Below, piece after piece: positions 60,226 through 64,000 of a DNA stretch of 64,000 bases. This DNA is from a bacterium. GTDB taxonomy: Bacteria; Bacteroidota; Ignavibacteria; UBA10030. Every line of letters begins with the position of its first letter. Position 1 is the stretch's first letter. The notes under the pieces are model-generated. The model was not told the DNA's origin. It saw only the letters and a list, made by a program, of their open reading frames with translations, and searched no databases. The stretch lies in the NCBI GenBank assembly GCA_043803945.1, contig JAZDJN010000065.1:1-64000 (forward strand), given 5' to 3'. A program made the position numbers and the translations under genes.

Positions 60226-62231
60226 GGTTCGTTTTCATCCATGATCAGTTCACGCTTCGAGGTGTCGATCTCTCCCAACCTCACAAGCGTACGGTTTTTG
60301 TATTGAAGTATGGTGAGAATAGGATTCACTCTTGAGCTATCGAATACTATTCTTGAATGTAATCCTTTAAACATCTGTCCGGAAGCAAGGGTTGCCGCGA
60401 TTACAGCCTTGTTCCATGGATTCTTCTTCATGGCAGTCAAGGCGAGTTTCATGATATCATACCCAAACAGGGAATTTCGCGTCGGCCGTTTGTCGAACTC
60501 TTCCCGATACTCGCGGATAAATTCCTGATAATCAGGATCAGTTTCATTCCAATGGGCATCTGTCGCAAAGATCACACCGTTGGTTGCCAGGCGATGCAGG
60601 TCGAGTTCACCCAGGTCATACCACATGCCGCTTCCCAATAACTGTGGTCTGACATTGTAGAATTTAAGTTGTGAGGTAATGACCCCCATCTCGTTCGGAG
60701 AAGAGAGAGGGAGAAAGAGAGCATCGATGCCGCGTGCAGGTTCTTCCATATTGTCGCGCGGTGGCCGGATTTCTTCAGTTGGGATTCCGAGTGAATCGGC
60801 AATCCGCTTTCCATTCTTCCCGAACAATACTTCGACGTCAAGGATTCGCTTCTTCTGTCGCAGTGTATCGAGAGTCACCCGGGAAATTCCCCACGCCAAT
60901 AATTTTCGGACATCGGCTGATCGCAATCCGCTTCCAAAATTCATTACGGTGAGCTGCAATTGCTGCCAAGCCTGTTTTCGGAGAGCGAGAATTGGTTCAC
61001 GGAGATCCGTTTCATCAGGTTTGTAGTGTTCAACTGCCACGATGCGTGCCCCTAGGCGCCGGGCCTCATCGATAAACGCTTCCGTCAGAAGGCTGCTGGC
61101 AGAATCAACAGCAGCGAGAACCGCCAGATCACTCATTCCCAGAATGAGTTTCGCATATTGTGCCATCGCCCGGCCGCGAACTTCATAATCCGGATTCGCC
61201 TGAAACAGTGTCGATCCGAGATTAGTCAGGCCGTTCGATGTTGCCGTCGGCGTTATCAGCGGAACTCCGGCCTGCGCTGCAATGGGAGCGGCGGTTGCCA
61301 CCTCATCACTATAAACGGGCCCAAGGATTGCTGAAACATTTTTTTGCGCAGTGAATTCCTTAATCTGCGCAGCAACGAGCATGGTATCGTGCCTGGAATC
61401 ACGCAGTTCTATAGCAATTTTTGTATCGGATTCTTCATTATGCTGGACCAGGGCAAGCCGCATCCCCTCAAGCATTTCAATTCCCACATTGTTTGTCGGG
61501 CGATCTCCGTTCTGCTGCATTAAGGGAAGCACAACACCAATCTTGGCAACTCCCCCCTCCTCGATTTTACTGAGCAGTTCGCTCGCCTGCTTGATTGCTC
61601 CTTCGTTTTCTGCCGGCGAAGAAACAGATCGCAGAAGCCCTGCCGCTCCACCTGCGTCTCCCATATTGAGAAGGCGCTCGGCAAGCACCGAAGCAAAAAT
61701 TGCACGGACTTCATCACTTCCGGCCCGATCGATGAGTCCTCGAATTTCCTTCGTTGTCAGGCGGATTGCAATCAGCGAATTTAAAATCTGCCTCGATTTT
61801 TTCTTCAACTGCTGATCAGCCGCTTTGTTTTCAAGCAGCAGCAACTCGGTTGCGGCGTTCAGATACTCTTTTTGACTGTAGTAATTCAAGGCGAGTGTGT
61901 AGTACGCATCGGCAGTAAACCGGGAGTCGGCATACCGTGCAATCAGTTGCTCGAGGTGTTTCACAGAATTCCGATAATCTCCCGTGAAGTAGTACGCCTT
62001 TGCGGCCATCAGGAATGATGCCGTAGTCCGTTGATGGGCTGGAAATTGTAGGACGATTCGGGAAAATACCGATGCTGCTGTCGTGTACCTGCCTGCCCGG
62101 TACTGGTTGAGGCCATCCTGGAAAAGTGTTTCAACATCGGCACGGAAATTAACGGAATCGCGTAATGATTGTTGAAATCCAAAGAGTGAACTGGCGATGA
62201 AAATCAGAGGGAGCAACAGTTTTATGGTCAT
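60222..62231 (-). CDS. TPR + periplasmic-binding-fold protein (LpoA/LppC-like)
   Basis: N-terminal TPR-like helices; KIGVVLPL, AILGP..S and GYD motifs. Confidence 0.7.
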   Translation of the reverse strand: MTIKLLLPLIFIASSLFGFQQSLRDSVNFRADVETLFQDGLNQYRAGRYTTAASVFSRIVLQFPAHQRTTASFLMAAKAYYFTGDYRNSVKHLEQLIARYADSRFTADAYYTLALNYYSQKEYLNAATELLLLENKAADQQLKKKSRQILNSLIAIRLTTKEIRGLIDRAGSDEVRAIFASVLAERLLNMGDAGGAAGLLRSVSSPAENEGAIKQASELLSKIEEGGVAKIGVVLPLMQQNGDRPTNNVGIEMLEGMRLALVQHNEESDTKIAIELRDSRHDTMLVAAQIKEFTAQKNVSAILGPVYSDEVATAAPIAAQAGVPLITPTATSNGLTNLGSTLFQANPDYEVRGRAMAQYAKLILGMSDLAVLAAVDSASSLLTEAFIDEARRLGARIVAVEHYKPDETDLREPILALRKQAWQQLQLTVMNFGSGLRSADVRKLLAWGISRVTLDTLRQKKRILDVEVLFGKNGKRIADSLGIPTEEIRPPRDNMEEPARGIDALFLPLSSPNEMGVITSQLKFYNVRPQLLGSGMWYDLGELDLHRLATNGVIFATDAHWNETDPDYQEFIREYREEFDKRPTRNSLFGYDIMKLALTAMKKNPWNKAVIAATLASGQMFKGLHSRIVFDSSRVNPILTILQYKNRTLVRLGEIDTSKRELIMDENEP

Positions 62232-62255
62232 AGTGACGGTGCAGTAAAAAACACT

Positions 62256-63158
62256 TTACGAAGTTGATAATTGTTTCAATTCACGAGCAGCTTTCATAGC
62301 CTTTGCATTTTTCGGTTCAAGAAGCAAAGCCTGTTCAAAGCAATCACGGGCCCGTTGGAGATCACCACGCTTTAAAAAGAGATAGCCGACATCTACAACG
62401 GCATCGGTGAGCATCGGATTAAGTTCAAGAGCCCGATGGAGGTATCGTTCTGCCTCATCCAGCCTCTGAATCGACAAGAGTACTTCACCGCACATTTGCC
62501 ATGCACGGGGTTCATTCGGATCGATTTCGATCGCAATAGCAAATTCATCGTATGATGCTTTCCACAGTTGCAATTTTGCGTAGGCAACACCGAGGAGATA
62601 GTGGCAAATCCAGCTTTTAGGATCAGCCTCGAGCGCTTGTGTCAAAAAGGTGATTGCTTCCTGAAACGCTCCGCGCCGAATGAGCAACTCACCCAGGGAT
62701 TCGTTGATCCTCGGAAAATCCGGATTCGCTCTGCGGGCTCTGCGAAAGTGTTGCTCCGCAAGTTTACCATTATGTAACGAGTAATAGGCGAGCCCCATAT
62801 TGAAATTCAGGTGCGACCGTAATTCCTTCCGGAGGGAGCGTTCTCCAATCTGGAGTTTTTTATAGTAGACAAGCGCTTTGTTATAATATCCGCGCTTAAG
62901 GTACATATTTCCGGCAAGGAAATAGATATCATTCGGCGATGAAGTCACAGCCAAAGCCCTCAGTACCGATTTCTCTGCTGCCTCATATTGCTTCAATTCA
63001 AACTGGGCATATCCCAATTCCACCCAGGGAAGATCCAACTCCGGTACCTCTGTTGTAATCTTATAATAGAGCTGGATGGCATGGAGGAATTTTTTTTCAT
63101 TAAGGAGATCTCTTGCCTGTTGAAGCCATCCTGATATGATCGGATCATCTGCGTTCAT
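62256..63158 (-). CDS. Tetratricopeptide repeat protein
   Basis: Multiple TPR consensus repeats. Confidence 0.85.
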   Translation of the reverse strand: MNADDPIISGWLQQARDLLNEKKFLHAIQLYYKITTEVPELDLPWVELGYAQFELKQYEAAEKSVLRALAVTSSPNDIYFLAGNMYLKRGYYNKALVYYKKLQIGERSLRKELRSHLNFNMGLAYYSLHNGKLAEQHFRRARRANPDFPRINESLGELLIRRGAFQEAITFLTQALEADPKSWICHYLLGVAYAKLQLWKASYDEFAIAIEIDPNEPRAWQMCGEVLLSIQRLDEAERYLHRALELNPMLTDAVVDVGYLFLKRGDLQRARDCFEQALLLEPKNAKAMKAARELKQLSTS

Positions 63159-63175
63159 CGGTATCCGTCTCTTTA

Positions 63176-64000
63176 TTAGAAATCCCGTTGGAGTGAGCGC
63201 AACCCTACAACAAATGAAAATCCCGTCAGTGCGGCGGAGATAACGGCAAAGACCGTTCCCGGAATGACAATGGATCGAAAATCAAACTGCCGGAAGATAA
63301 ACAACGACGCGAAGTAATTAACAATCGGAAGATAGAAAATCACAATAAGGCTGACCAGATACACCAGCGAAACGAGAAATGTCAGTGTTGCTCCCTGGGA
63401 GGATGCGATCCGGATCGGATTCTTCTCCTGAAAATTCGAGAAGTAAGTCCCAAAACCCAGATTCAGTGAAACGAATGTGAGTGATGCAAAAAAGGTGCTG
63501 AAATAGCCGAAGTACATGAGCAACGGTAATCGACCGCTGAATCGTGAGAATGGCAAATGATAGAAAAAGGAGACTACCATGCCCAGCACCATGACGATCC
63601 CAAGGCCGAGGCCAAATTTGATGAAGTAAAGCGTTCGAAGATTTACAGGAGCGCCAAGGATCGACCAGAATGATTTTCCTTCGAGACTTAATAGAGGGAA
63701 GACAAATCGCAACGCCAACGAACCCGATAAAAATCCGGCAAATGTATAGAGTACCAGATAGGTCATCGTTTGAACTTCCGTCACACGCACCCGGAGATTT
63801 AAGCTCCCGACGCTCAGAACAAAAATTCCAATAAGAATCAGCATGACAATCAAATGAATCCACTGGCTGGTTTCCCGAAAGAACTGGAAGTACTCTTTCT
63901 TCAGCAGAACTTCAAACTGACTCGGCAGCCACGTTTTTTTTCGAAAGTCGAATATCTTCATCCGGCGGCCGGATTCAATGGAATTGGACATTGCCTGGAA
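63176..64000 (-). CDS. Putative ABC transporter permease, C-terminal part (runs off window end)
   Basis: KE...FFR, RFVFP..S.EG..FW....AP motif and multiple TM segments. Confidence 0.65.
   Translation of the reverse strand, partial: FQAMSNSIESGRRMKIFDFRKKTWLPSQFEVLLKKEYFQFFRETSQWIHLIVMLILIGIFVLSVGSLNLRVRVTEVQTMTYLVLYTFAGFLSGSLALRFVFPLLSLEGKSFWSILGAPVNLRTLYFIKFGLGLGIVMVLGMVVSFFYHLPFSRFSGRLPLLMYFGYFSTFFASLTFVSLNLGFGTYFSNFQEKNPIRIASSQGATLTFLVSLVYLVSLIVIFYLPIVNYFASLFIFRQFDFRSIVIPGTVFAVISAALTGFSFVVGLRSLQRDF

Overview
Bacterial chromosomal window, probably from an Ignavibacteria/Bacteroidota-Chlorobi-type organism (inferred from a T9SS C-terminal-domain remnant and gene content). Nearly all housekeeping genes lie on the minus strand: a peptide-catabolism operon, holA, uppP, lolA, ftsK, comB, gcvT, tal, Rne/Rng, SRP RNA, tRNA-Ala(CGC), PhoH family and radC. 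Two plus-strand accessory blocks interrupt them. Block 1 (22.5-27.6 kb) holds a DNA methyltransferase with a putative nuclease, then a RAYT transposase with its REP/BIME array. A tyrosine recombinase + IS91-like transposase element has inserted into that array exactly at a G|TT site. Its ends would rebuild one long attC-like hairpin on circularisation. Block 2 (43-53.7 kb) is a defence island: a decayed SNF2 helicase, HigBA-like TA, DUF2130, DUF3800 + partner + structured RNA, a frameshifted type III mod, a GxxExxY gene embedded in six ~85-bp hairpin repeats, and res. The strongest candidates for undescribed biology are: the self-mobilising attC-like Int/IS91 cassette; the GxxExxY-hairpin and four-helix-bundle-heptamer gene/repeat pairings; the DUF3800-partner-RNA module; and tiny GC-rich palindromes that insert into other hairpins. 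All calls come from reading motifs by eye; no database searches were run.
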